DNA from: Anthoceros angustus
Taxonomy: Eukaryota; Plantae; Anthocerotophyta
Length of the DNA: 64,000 nucleotides
NCBI GenBank assembly: GCA_010909165.1
Contig: VJWM01000134.1
Coordinates: 62,001 to 126,000 of the forward strand
Direction of reading: 5' to 3'
Shown piece after piece: positions 51,717 through 64,000 of the stretch. The stretch's first letter is position 1. Each line of letters begins with the position of its first letter. The position numbers and the translations under genes were made by a program. The notes under the pieces are model-generated. The model made no database searches, had not been told where the DNA came from, and saw nothing but the letters and a program-made list of their open reading frames with translations.

Positions 51717-54020
51717 TTTGTGGTGGGCGATCGGAAATGCGTAGCTAGTGCGGTGGAGATGAGAGCAAAAGTTTGAAGACGGTGAGCCATCATTGCCTCT
51801 GCGAGCTTATATATGCGTCAATGGGTGGTGGCATTGCGGATCTAGATGGGGAGGTGAGTAGGTATCCATGGCTTGCATCGATATCACCACTTCTTCCAAG
51901 TTCCAACCTCTTTCACCACCGAGGAGCCGCTATGTCGGCTCTCTTTTCCACCTCATTATCCACATGTTCACGATCTCGGGAACCGGTCCGGAGGCCACTT
52001 GTCTAACAGTAGCGGGGCCTTGTCTACGATTGACCACTGCGTCAAAGCAAAGGGAAAATAGTTTCATACACGTATGCAAATTGTACTTGTTATGCAAATG
52101 GTTAAAAAACCGATTTTCACTCTTTTCCTTGGAAAATTTTAAATATTTGTAGTAGTTTCTCACAAGACACCTTATCTATATATAGCAATCTACTACAACA
52201 ATTATTGCAAATGAGCTTGACAACTCTGTTATAATTCAGCTAACATGACAAGTCTACACTTTAGTAGCTCTTACAATGTTGATTACAACAATAATTTGAA
52301 TGACAATCACGAAGATCTGGAGTAAAGCGTCGTTTTTAATAGTTTTGAGGCAACATATTACTATTATATTCAACCAATTGAGAGGCTTGTCAATGAGATG
52401 TTTATCCTCAACGTTCTCTACATCAACTTCGCATGCTATTGTTGTTTTTTTGTGAACTTTGTCACTTAAAGGATTACAAATAGTGCCCGTATAAACTACG
52501 GGTGGTCAATGTTGTTGTCGGTGTCTGGAGGTCCAATGTTGAGCAGGTGATTGTCATTTACAAAATTGTAGGAAATCTTGGACTAGGTTGAATACCAATT
52601 TCGGATGCCGTTGTGGGAGATTTGCTTTTAGACTAGATTGCATTAAAATTTGAATGATCTATGATTAGTGCTAAAAGTATCCAAGATAATTGCTTCAAAT
52701 ACATCACCATGAAATTAATCACCTACACTACAAGAGAGGAAATGAAAAGGAAAAGAACAATAAATCTAGTACCTCCTTTTTGGTGGAGGCGTATTCCATC
52801 CGGAGGAGGTATGTTGATCGAGGTATAATCAGGTTGGCGGGTCGTCATTCTTGAACATGGGAGGGCCTTTGGTGGGCGATCGGAAATGCGTAGCTAGTGC
52901 GGTGGAGATGAGAGCAAAGTTTGAAGACGGTGAGCCATCATTGCCTCTGCTGCGAGCTTATAGGCGCTGCGGTCAATGGGTGGTGGCATTGCAGATCTAG
53001 ATGGGGAGGGTGAGTAGGTATCCATGGCATCGATATCACCACTTCCTTCCAAGTTCGCAACCTCTTTCACCAGAGCCGCTTATGTCGGCTCTCTTTTCCA
53101 CCTCATTATCCACATGTTCACGATCTCGGGAACCGGTCCCGAGAGGCCACTTGTGAAGCCAAGAGGCCTTGTCTGCAATTGACCACTGTCCAAAGCAAAG
53201 GGAAAATAGTTTCATACACGTATGCAAATTGTACTTGTTATGCAAATGGTTAAAAACCGATTTTCACTCTTTTCCTTGGAAAATTTTAAATATTTGTAGT
53301 AGTTTCTCACAAGACACCTTATCTATATATAGCAATCTACTACAACAATTATTGCAAATGAGCTTGACAACTCATTATAATTCAGCTAACATGACAAGTC
53401 TACACTTTAGTAGCTCTTACAATGTTGATTACAACAATAATTTGGATGACAATCACGAGATCGATAAGCGTCGTTTTTAATAGTTTTGAGGCAACATATT
53501 ACTATTATATTCAACCAATTGAGAGGCTTGTCAATGAGATGTTTATCCTCCAACGTTCTCTACATCAACTTCGCATGCTATTGTTGTTTTGTTGTGAACT
53601 TTGTCACTTAAAGGATTACAAATAGTGCCCGTATAAACTACGGGTGGTCAATGTTGTTGTCGGTGTCTGGAGGTCCAATGTTGAGCAGGTGATTGTCATT
53701 TACAAAATTGTAGGAAATCTTGGACTAGGTTGAATACCAATTTCAGATGCCCGTTGTGGGAGATTTGCGCTTTTTCGCCGACTAGATTGCATTAAAATTT
53801 GAATAATCTATGATTAGTGCTAAAGTCGCATCCAAGATAATTGCTTCAAATACATCACCATGAAATTAATCACCTACACTACAAGAGAGGAAATGAAAAG
53901 GAAAAGAACAATAAATCTAGTACCTCCTTTTGGTGGGAGAGCGTATTCCATCCGAGGAGGTATGTTCGGTCGGAGGTATAATCAGGTTGGCGGGTCGTCT
54001 ATTCTTGAACATGGGAGGGC
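51717..54020. repeat. ~1.15-kb tandem duplication (TLP-C promoter through the IIPPR exon), junction ~52868
   Basis: GGAGGGCCTTTGGTGGGCGATCGG fuses ..CTTTGGTTGGCG (module) with ..CTTTGTGGTGGGCG (TLP-C 5' UTR). Confidence 0.88.
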
Positions 54021-55340
54021 CAATTGGCGTGGGAGGTATAATCGCCCTAGGTGGTATAATAGGCATAGGAGTTACAATTTGCCAATGAAGTACCATAAAT
54101 CGATGTTAAAATCACATGCAAATTTGCTCCAAGGTATACCCATGAAACTAGTCTCTCCTAGAATGAGGGAGGCCTATAGAAAAATAAAATAAACAAAAAG
54201 GAACTTAAGTGTACCTATTTCTAGATCTTGATCCGAGAACTCGTGCTCATTTGGTGCAAGAGGTACATTCGACCGAAGATATCATATGTTAGTATAGAGA
54301 TCACATCCAAGTTTGCTTCAATTGTTGCCATGAAACTAAGGGTGGAGGCACCCTTTACATTTGTCTTATCGACCTTTAGGAGATACATCGTTCGCCCATG
54401 ACACTCTAGCCCTCCTTCTACACGATGGCACAGTTGATCTACATCCTGTTAATCCTTGCCTCACTGCGATCAAATCTCTGCCGTCGGGTGGTACAATGCA
54501 TAGGAAGCACAATCGACCTAGAAGGTTCATTCGGCGGAGAAGGTTCATTCGTGAGGAAAACATTCATTTAGTGCGGAAGGTTCATCCGTGGTGAAGGTTC
54601 ATTCGGTGGTGAAAGTACATTTTGCCTACGGATATGATCCCCTATGAGATACCATAGATCGATGTTAAAATCACATGCAAGTTTACTTCAACCGAAACTA
54701 ATCATGAGCTGCAATAAGAAAGGCTCAAGAAAGAAAAAATGAAAAGAAACTTGTCTTGCTGGCTTGATCGAGAACTCTGAGCTCGCTAGTGAAGGAGTTA
54801 TATTCGACTGGAAGGTATCGTATGTTAGTGTAGAATCACGGCAAAGTTTGCTTCAATTGTTGCCATGAAACTAAGGGTGCGATACCCTTTAAATTTGTCT
54901 TGTCAACCTTGTGGAGAGACGTTGTTTGCCATGACACTCTTGCCCTCTTGCTACGTGATGGCAGTTGATCCACATCTGTTGATCCTTGCCCTCTTGTAGT
55001 CAAATCAACCTTGCTTGGCTGCCACAATGTAAGCAATATAGTAAATCGATGTAGAAGGTTCATTTGGTAGAGAAGGTTAGATTCGGTGGAGAAGGTTCAT
55101 TCGGTCACGAGAAGGTTCATTCGGTGAGCGCATATTGGCGATACAATCCCCCCTAGGATACCATAGATCAATGTTAAAATCATGCAAGTTTACTTCAAGC
55201 AGCTCTTAACCTAATCATGACTGCAATGAGGAAGGCTTAGGAAAGGGAAAAAGAAAGAAAAATGAAAAGAAACTTGTACCGCCATTGTTTGATCGAGAAT
55301 TATAGCTCGTTGGTGTAGGAGGTATATTCGACCTGGAAGA
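53860..55340 (-). repeat. PLATZ-tail modules (U3, only two extra)
   Basis: Module markers at ~54310, 54843 and 55374. Confidence 0.8.
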
Positions 55341-55342
55341 TA

Positions 55343-56178
55343 TTATATATTAGCACATGCGAGATCATATATCAAGTTTGCTTCAATTGTTGCCAAGAAA
55401 ATAAGGAGGCGAGAACCCTTTGTCTTGTCGACCTTCGGAGGTACATTGTTTGTCGATGACACTCTTGCCCTTACGCTGCGACGGTATGATTGATCCTCGC
55501 CTTGATCTTTGCCCTATTGCTTTGGCGAATCAATCGGTGCCACCACTCTCTCATCAAGGTTGTTAAGATTTTTATAAGAACCAATCCTTCATATTCGCGA
55601 CTTCTTACAGCTATGACCTTGCAATTAATGCTGCAAAACCAATCCCGTGAACGGGTCACCAGTTTCGCCAATGTTACATCACATGTTTTGCACTAATTCT
55701 TTCCCATTTGGTTTTCCTTACATTCTTGATTCCCAAGAAATATACTTCATAATTATTAGATCGACAAGCAGGATATGCGAAAGATCAATACTTTCAGCGA
55801 TAAGTATGTCCGCATTTTCGTCAATGGTGAAGGATGCCTGTATGAACATCTTCGTAGATGAAGAATTCGATGACCCACATGATTTTGTTGTACTCTATGG
55901 TACAAAGCGGTCCTTCACGACAAGTAACACAATATTTTTGCAAATTCAGATCTTTCTTATTGAGTTTAGCTCCATCTCGCTCCATGATATCTGCAAGGCC
56001 TTTGCTCCGCCTTTCATGACTTTCGGGGTCTAGGTTTGGTTGGAAAATATGCATCTCTATTGTTCACCAAATCTACGATCCAATGTGTAAGCACAAGGTC
56101 ACGTGAATCATCATTCCTTACATATGAGGCATCATTTGTGAGTTCTTCCTCTGTTTCACTATCACGTGCTTCTTCCAT
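55343..56178 (-). CDS. PLATZ-family transcription factor (U3 copy)
   Basis: KYCVTCREGPLC and DWFCSINCKV in ORFs 55821-56054 and 55471-55671. Confidence 0.77.
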
Positions 56179-58421
56179 TTTGTAAGTTCTTTTACTTTAC
56201 ACCAAAGTTGCAGATAAAGGGTACATATTCAAACTCATACTCCTTGATGTGATATCGATGTGCACTATGTTTCGTCCATCCTCTTGCACAACATAAAATA
56301 AACAGCAATGTATGAATAATGGTCCAATGTCCACTATCAAGAATTAATATGTAAGTACTAGCAAGTAAGAAAACATATATAGAATTGCGTAGATAAAATC
56401 AACGATCCACCTAATACTCATCATGAAAGTTTGATGTAAAAACATCAAGAAACTAAATATATAATCATAAAATTAACAAACAACATAAATAAAATAAGAG
56501 TTAAGTGTATAATGTTCAAGTACAATAGAAGCCTAAAACACTAACCTATAGAATAATGATGATGTTGAGGTAGGACTTGAACTTGGTTTAGTATACACAC
56601 ACATATATATGAGACTAAGAACGCGTGTGTTCGATATATTTTGATCTCTTTCGAGGATGGCTTTAAATTTTTTTTAATGTGTTTAATGTAATAGAAGGGA
56701 CAACGACATAATGAATCCCTTAAGAGTCTACAAGTTAGTTGAACTATAACATTATTCACAACAAGACCATTATTAAAGATCATGAATGCTACTACTTACA
56801 TGAAGATAGCATGCAAATGAAGTATTACTAGCACAATAATTGTGGGTCGATTACTCCTCGGTGAACCAGCAATTGCAGACTATCACTCCAATTTGAACCA
56901 TCAATTGTGGACTATCACTCGATAGAGCAAACAATTGTGGATTGTTGAACACTCAATTTATAATAGATAGATAGATAGATAAATATATTTATACGCTGCA
57001 ATTGGACAAGCAATGACTACCTTACGGGTACAAGATAAGCACGCTCCTTGCACAAGTTGCTTGTGGCATACAAAGTGGTGTACATATATGTGTGTCGAGC
57101 AGCTATTGGATTTGGAGTGCTTGAATTCATGAGTGTCTCAATAATGTTGGGTTTAAATAAATTTGGACTTCCTTCTCACAAGGGGTTTTGAACTTTCTTT
57201 CATACCATAATGCACTCCAAGGGGTTTGCGGGCATAAAGAGTTTGGTGAGATAAGAGGTATCAGTTCATGAGGCGCCTCTCGAGATTGGGTGATAAGCAT
57301 TGGAGGTATCAGTTCATGAGGCGCCTCTCGATATTGGGTGATAAGCATTAGATCGATCAATTCTTTTTAATCATTATAGCTAGGTATTTTCGTAGTTATA
57401 ATTTTATATTCATAACTAGGTAATAGATGATTGATCTGTCTTGGTAGCCCAAGCTGCGAGTCAATATCGAATCGAACAAGCCATAGAATACTAATGACTT
57501 CATTTCCTAAAACCGGATGAAAAGAGTAAATACTATGGATATGTCCTGCTTGCACATCGTCTACAACCAAGGAGAACGCATGGAGAGAAAAAACGACAGG
57601 GGATGAGTTACCTAAACGCCTTGATAACGAATCGGGCCGGTGGCATCGGCAACAGTGAAACATATCTCATGTTTTGGTTTGACACAAGTGGGCTCCTTTT
57701 GGTTTGACACCAGTGGGCTCCTTTTGGTTTGACACCAGTGGGCTCCGGGACCAACTCCACTCTTCTAGTGGACACGCGGATGAGAAGCAACCAAAGCCGC
57801 CTCGAGGCGGCTCGTCAAAGGCTCGTTATCTTTCACACATACACTATTGAGCGCCGTCTCTTGGAAATGATGGAATGCTCATAGCCTTCTTTCCGTGGCT
57901 GCATGTGCTTCCTTAGGAAAATCGGCTTTTGAACAACTCTGAATGGTAGGCACAAACCAAATGCATGCCATGGCAGCCAAGTTGTTTATTCTAGGCCATG
58001 TCGCACTTTTATACCTCGAGTGCACATGTTCCGAGACACAACGTATCCCTTTCATCTTCGATCTGCAAGAGGGCAGGTACTTCCCTAATGCAACTCATTA
58101 CATGATGCTTACAGGCAGAATTTGACCAAGCTTTTGCCTCTCCACCTAACAGTACAAGTACGCAAGCCATGGGTACGCTCCTCCCCATCTCCAGTCGACT
58201 CATTTCATTTGACTGACCCAGTCTCCCCGCCGCCCACTGACTGCAGCGGACATATAAGCTCGCCGTAGAAGCAGAAGCAGAAGCAGAAGCAGTAATCACA
58301 CACCGTCTTCCGGGCTCTCATCTCCACTGCACTGCCCACTACTCCGATCGCCAAGCTCACAGCTAGCGCATGCTCTGGACTCCTGCGCAGCCTCCACAGA
58401 CCTGTCTGCTTCTATTACAAG

Positions 58422-59879
58422 ATGGCCAGCTTCAACGCAGCGTGGGTTCTTCTGTCGGCGCTGGTGGCAGCCAGCAGCCTGATGGCCGCCGTGCAAGGTG
58501 AATCCAGCGCGCGTTCAACACACTGCATTGCATCGATTACTAGCTATAGCCTTGCTTCCTGCTGAATGATGAAGCATAGCTGTGATCGTGAACTCTCGAG
58601 ATTGAGCAGAACGTTTGTGTGGAATGGTGGGTCAAACTGCAGGGTGCTACGTGCAGATACAGAACCACTGCCCCTACCCCGTCACCAGCTGCGCGCAATC
58701 CAGAGCCGACCCCATCGCGCAGTTCCAGCTGGCCTCGGGCCAGTCGCAGACCCTGGACTTCGGCTCCGCCTGCAGCTGGCCGTCGGCCACGATATGGGCG
58801 TCGGTGCGAGGGCAGTGCGTTGCGCCCGGGGAACCCTGCCGCCGCCAACGATAAGAACCTGGCCGATCTGGCGGAATTCAACCTGGCCAGCCCACCGACT
58901 TCTACGATGTCAGCAACGTGAACGCCTACACCATCGGCCTCAAGATCCAGCCCGTTGCCAGCAGCTGCGGCGCACCTTCCTGCTCCATCCCCGACATCCG
59001 CTCCTTCTGCGGCGCCAACAACCAGCTGCTGAGCCTGCCCCTCCGGGGCGCTCTCCTGCATCAACACCGACGGCACTGCCGGCCGAGGCCCCTCGGACGG
59101 CACCCGCCTGTTCAAGGCCGCCTGCCCCTCCTCCTCCACAGACCTGTCTGCTTCTATTACAAGATGGCCAGCTTCAACGCAGCGTGGGTTCTTCTGTCGG
59201 CGCTGGTGGCAGCCAGCAGCCTGATGGCCGCCGTGCAAGGTGAATCCAGCGCGCGTTCAACACACTGCATTGCATCGATTACTAGCTATAGCCTTGCTTC
59301 CTGCTGAATGATGAAGCATAGCTGTGATCGTGAACTCTCGAGATTGAGCAGAACGTTTGTGTGGAATGGTGGGTCAAACTGCAGGGTGCTACGTGCAGAT
59401 ACAGAACCACTGCCCCTACCCCGTCACCAGCTGCGCGCAATCCAGAGCCGACCCCATCGCGCAGTTCCAGCTGGCCTCGGGCCAGTCGCAGACCCTGGAC
59501 TTCGGCTCCGCCTGCAGCTGGCCGTCGGCCACGATATGGGCGTCGGTGCGAGGGCAGTGCGTTGCGCCCGGGGAACCCTGCCGCCGCCAACGATAAGAAC
59601 CTGGCCGATCTGGCGGAATTCAACCTGGCCAGCCCACCGACTTCTACGATGTCAGCAACGTGAACGCCTACACCATCGGCCTCAAGATCCAGCCCGTTGC
59701 CAGCAGCTGCGGCGCACCTTCCTGCTCCATCCCCGACATCCGCTCCTTCTGCGGCGCCAACAACCAGCTGCTGAGCCTGCCCCTCCGGGGCGCTCTCCTG
59801 CATCAACACCGACGGCACTGCCGGCCGAGGCCCCTCGGACGGCACCCGCCTGTTCAAGGCCGCCTGCCCCTCCTCCTCC
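58422..59879 (+). pseudogene. Two 3'-truncated TLP-A copies (ATG 58422 and 59164) from a 742-bp triplication
   Basis: Each ends ..AACPSS and jumps back to CCTCCACAGACC, 31 nt upstream of the ATG (58391, 59133, 59875). The last ~26 residues, including two Cys, are missing. Confidence 0.88.
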
Positions 59880-59905
59880 ACAGACCTGTCTGCTTCTATT
59901 ACAAG

Positions 59906-60697
59906 ATGGCCAGCTTCAACGCAGCGTGGGTTCTTCTGTCGGCGCTGGTGGCAGCCAGCAGCCTGATGGCCGCCGTGCAAGGTGAATCCAGCGCGCGTTC
60001 AACACACTGCATTGCATCGATTACTAGCTATAGCCTTGCTTCCTGCTGAATGATGAAGCATAGCTGTGATCGTGAACTCTCGAGATTGAGCAGAACGTTT
60101 GTGTGGAATGGTGGGTCAAACTGCAGGGTGCTACGTGCAGATACAGAACCACTGCCCCTACCCCGTCACCAGCTGCGCGCAATCCAGAGCCGACCCCATC
60201 GCGCAGTTCCAGCTGGCCTCGGGCCAGTCGCAGACCCTGGACTTCGGCTCCGCCTGCAGCTGGCCGTCGGCCACGATATGGGCGTCGGTGCGAGGGCAGT
60301 GCGTTGCGCCCGGGGAACCCTGCCGCCGCCAACGATAAGAACCTGGCCGATCTGGCGGAATTCAACCTGGCCAGCCCACCGACTTCTACGATGTCAGCAA
60401 CGTGAACGCCTACACCATCGGCCTCAAGATCCAGCCCGTTGCCAGCAGCTGCGGCGCACCTTCCTGCTCCATCCCCGACATCCGCTCCTTCTGCGGCGCC
60501 AACAACCAGCTGCTGAGCCTGCCTCCGGGGCGCTCTCCTGCATCAACACCGACGGCACTGCCGGCCGAGGCCCCTCGGACGGCACCCGCCTGTTCAAGGC
60601 CGCCTGCCCCTCCTCCTACAGCTACAACTACGACGACGCCACCTCCACCTTCACTTGCCCCCACGGCACCAACTACAATGTCATCTTCTGTCCCTGA
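59906..60697 (+). CDS. Thaumatin-like protein TLP-A4 (complete third copy)
   Basis: Ends ..[26 protein letters not shown] at 60697. Confidence 0.92.
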
Positions 60698-60884
60698 TCG
60701 ATTTCTGTGGCTCTCGCGCACATACCTGCTCCTGGGCAAGGATTTGATCCACACGTACGGAGACATGTAGTATGTGGTTTCGTAAAGAGTTCACGACTTG
60801 TGAACATTGGCTGGTAGCAGGGCAGTGTAGATTGGGAAATCAATTTGGACATACACGGTCATTGTGTGCCATCATCTGTAGCAA

Positions 60885-62060
60885 ACAATCGCATGCAAGC
60901 ATGTCTTCCCAGGTCACATTTCCATGATTCCGCCAGACCCCCAGCAGTGATGCACACCAAACTGCTCAGCCAGGTTGAACCGGCATGGCCAAGAGCATGG
61001 CTTCTGCTTTGCTAGCGCTGAAGAGTCCATCCCTGCCAAAAGGTTGGTCAATCATGCAGCTAGAATAATGGCTGAAGTCCCTCTCCCCATAGGAGGAAGT
61101 ACTTTGAAGCATTCAAAGTACTTCACTCCTTCCTACAACATTCGAGTTTGGCTGCAGGCAGGCAAAAGCATAGGGTAAAGAACTGTGTTGGCCACAAAGA
61201 TGCTGCCACTGGTTGGACACCTTCCTTCTGCTTTGTTGCATACAGTTCTAACGCCTTTTCCCTTATTCCTGCTCCATAGAGCAACCTAGGATTGCATTCC
61301 ATGTTACCACATCCGAGGTCAGGTACAACAATCCTGTGCAACAACAACAGCAGTGCGGCTCCACTCCTCATTCCCACAGCCCGCTAAATCAACGCAGTGT
61401 ACAGTTGTGTCGGCGTGGACACCATCCCGACACGAAGCGAAAATACATGAAGCGCTCGTTGAGAAAGCTTCAGTGCAGCAGAGCGCGTTCTCATGTGAAT
61501 GTCGAGGTCACAAGTTTTGAAGATCAAAAAGTTTGGAAGAGGCTCTGCGCTTATGCTGGTTTTCATCTGTCGCTTCAAGGAACCAACATGTCCGAAAGAA
61601 GGAGGTGAGGATAAACCCTGAGCCCGCTCTCTGTTGCAGTTCATGGATCTCTGGTACGGAATCCCAGCATTGGCAAAGATTTGGGACATGAGCATGTATG
61701 GTGAAGCTTCCAGTGGCTGCAAGTGCGCCAGGCAGTCAAATGGATGTCTTCCCAGGCCACATTTCCATGAATTCGGCAGACCCCAGCAGGGACGACCAAA
61801 CTGCACAGTCAGGCTGAATCGGCATGCCCAAGAGCAGCGCTTCTGCTTTGCTAGCCTGAAGACTCCGTCCCTGCCAAAAGAGGTCGGTCAATCAAGCTAG
61901 AATATTGGTTACTTGGGGCTGTAAATGGCTTTAGTCCTCTCCATAGCAATACTTTTGGCAGCAAGCTACTTCCTCCTGCCTACAACATTCCATTATGGCT
62001 GCAGGCAGACAGAAGGAAAGAATTGTGTCGGCTTCCTCATGCAAACCAGATGCAGGAAAC
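60885..62060 (-). pseudogene. PPR fragments (U4 copy)
   Basis: Near-identical to 7430-8620. Confidence 0.82.
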
Positions 62061-62323
62061 GCTGCAACGCACAAACATCCAGCTTGGCCAGCTGAAACCG
62101 TACAACCTGGTGCCAAGAATCCGGGGCCACAACACTACGGTGGTTAAGATTCTGGAAACAGGAAATCACAACACTACGGTTGTGCTGAGAGTTCAGCAAT
62201 CCTAAGTTCACAACACTACAGTAGTTAAGATTCTACGGTAGTCAAAATTCTGCATGGGCAGGCGAGTGACCAGATGGAACCACAAGTCCTGTTCCTTTGT
62301 GATGGGGCTTCCTGAATTTCACC

Positions 62324-64000
62324 TCAGGCTGGCTGGAACGGGCGAGGACTTATTATTATTATGGACTCCTCCTTGAAAATGGCTGTTCTCTCAGCAAATC
62401 CTGTGAGTTCCTTGTCAGAGACGCCGGCTCGTCTGTCAAGGAGCTCTGCCTCTGCCTTCGCAAGAGCTCTGGGCTGCAAGGATCCCTACACATTTGCGTG
62501 TGGGGACCTCAATTGCTGCTGCAACCAGCAGTCCTAAACTAGAGGCTACTAGGACGATAATAAAAGGTGGCCAGTCATACTGGTCGAAGAATACCTGTGG
62601 CAGGAAGGGCAAGCATCACAAGTTGGGACACGGACTTGTTGGTGAAAGTATGGGAGTAGAGCTTGCAGAGATACCAGATGCAAGGATTTGGACACGCTAG
62701 TGTGCCATCCGTTGCTGCGGATGGCTGCATACACAATCACAGATATGAGTCCAGACAAGCAACCGCTAAGGGTTGACATGGGTGTCACTATGCGCTCAGC
62801 CCAGTAGCCGGTGAACAGCCCTGACATTATGGGGAGTGCGGATGTGGTTGTCACGATGTTGCTCATGAGGAACAGGCTGTTGATATTGTAGCCCTGGGCA
62901 AAGGGTGTACACGATAGGAGTCAGTGTTTGTCATCACTTCACCAACAGATCCAACAAGCAATGGCATGGTTTGCCTACCCTGCGTGATACCACGAGGCAT
63001 GGAACCGTTACAACAACCATCAACAGACGGCTCCACATAACGGACTGGTTTCGCAGAAACACGTCCGCAATGCAGTTGTGAGAGCATTTTGTAGAGAATC
63101 TCCAGCTGAGTCGCTCGTATAGTGACCCATACCATACCATCTGCAAGTGGACCACAAATAAGCTGGGGTTGTGCAATGCACACAAACAAACATGTATATG
63201 TTGAGACTACAGACACCAGGTAATGGCGACAGGGACAGTGCCACACCTGGACTCCATCGCTGTTCGTAAGCAACGTGAAGAAAATGGTGTTGCCGCACTC
63301 ATCTGGTCCAGAAGGCACAAACTTCCCAGACCAGGCTGCGATGTACCCACCGAATCCAAAAGGAAGCACACAAGAATCACCTAGTACACGGAGCATGAGC
63401 CTTTTAAGTGTTCCTGCTTAACCACATTGCCTTTTTCAACCCCAACATCAGATTAACATACAAGAGGACATTCATTACCTGGCAAGCTCCCAGAAAGCAC
63501 CCTGCTTCAACTTTCGGTCGCTGACAGATGCCATATCGCCTCACTGAACGACGAGGCGGATATCAGGAGATCGGCATAGTGGCAATCGAGGCATACCCTG
63601 CACAGTCAGCACGATATGATGGATTATACAGTCTTCCCTGCCGAGAAAGCAAGCCTTGCTGGCAAGCACACAGAGATTGTGTCCACAAATCGCTTCGCTG
63701 AAGAGCAGTTCCGGAGTCAGCGTCCTCCAGCATGTTCAGAATTGGATCCTACAACTAGTTCCAAGTGCACCAGACACCGCTATCGTACCTTCCTGACGAA
63801 GTCTGTGAAAGACATGACGTTCGGCAGCCTCCTGGTGATGTGGGCGCCAAAGAAACCCTGCAACAGAATGGGCAGGCCACAACCCACGGCGTAGCACACA
63901 AGCCCCACAATCCCTGCCTCACAGTTGAGCCATGAGTTCATGCTGATCATAGCAGAGATGAGCAGGCTTTCCTAGCCCCAGCACACCGCCACATCCAACC
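62324..64000 (-). pseudogene. SSS transporter pseudogene (U4 copy, 5' end beyond the window)
   Basis: ORFs 62549-62866 and 62863-63396 match U1. Confidence 0.75.

Larger units (their letters stand above)
41619..57136. repeat. Macro-repeat unit U3 (~15.5 kb)
   Basis: Colinear with U1, with one ~1.15-kb duplication gained and one PLATZ-tail module fewer. Confidence 0.95.
57137..64000. repeat. Macro-repeat unit U4 (runs off the window)
   Basis: Colinear with U1 from 5227 to ~10550. Confidence 0.95.

Overview
Eukaryotic land-plant genomic DNA, with no prokaryotic features. Short GT-AG introns, PLS/E-class PPR remnants and a fungal/algal-type SSS transporter suggest a non-seed plant such as a lycophyte; this is inference only. 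The sequence reads like a noisy long-read consensus, with many homopolymer indels. Bases 1-5226 are nested LTR-retrotransposon debris on the minus strand: a Tat-like PBS/LTR, and a probable second LTR carrying a 1.25-kb 29-bp GC-rich minisatellite. From 5227 to the end is a tandem array of a ~15-kb unit (U1 5227-20190, U2 20191-41618, U3 41619-57136, U4 57137-64000, partial). Each complete unit holds an atypical 12-Cys thaumatin-like (PR-5) gene on + (TLP-A) and a convergent paralog on - (TLP-B). It also holds a promoter-bearing 5' stub of a third paralog (TLP-C), two PPR fragments, an internally deleted sodium:solute symporter, and an intronless PLATZ gene followed by tandem copies of its own tail. 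The units are being remodelled independently. U2 has a Copia insertion in the TLP-A promoter and an apparent gene-conversion patch. Microhomology-flanked tandem duplications of 86 bp, ~240 bp, 742 bp (x3), ~1.15 kb and ~1.55 kb occur in different units.
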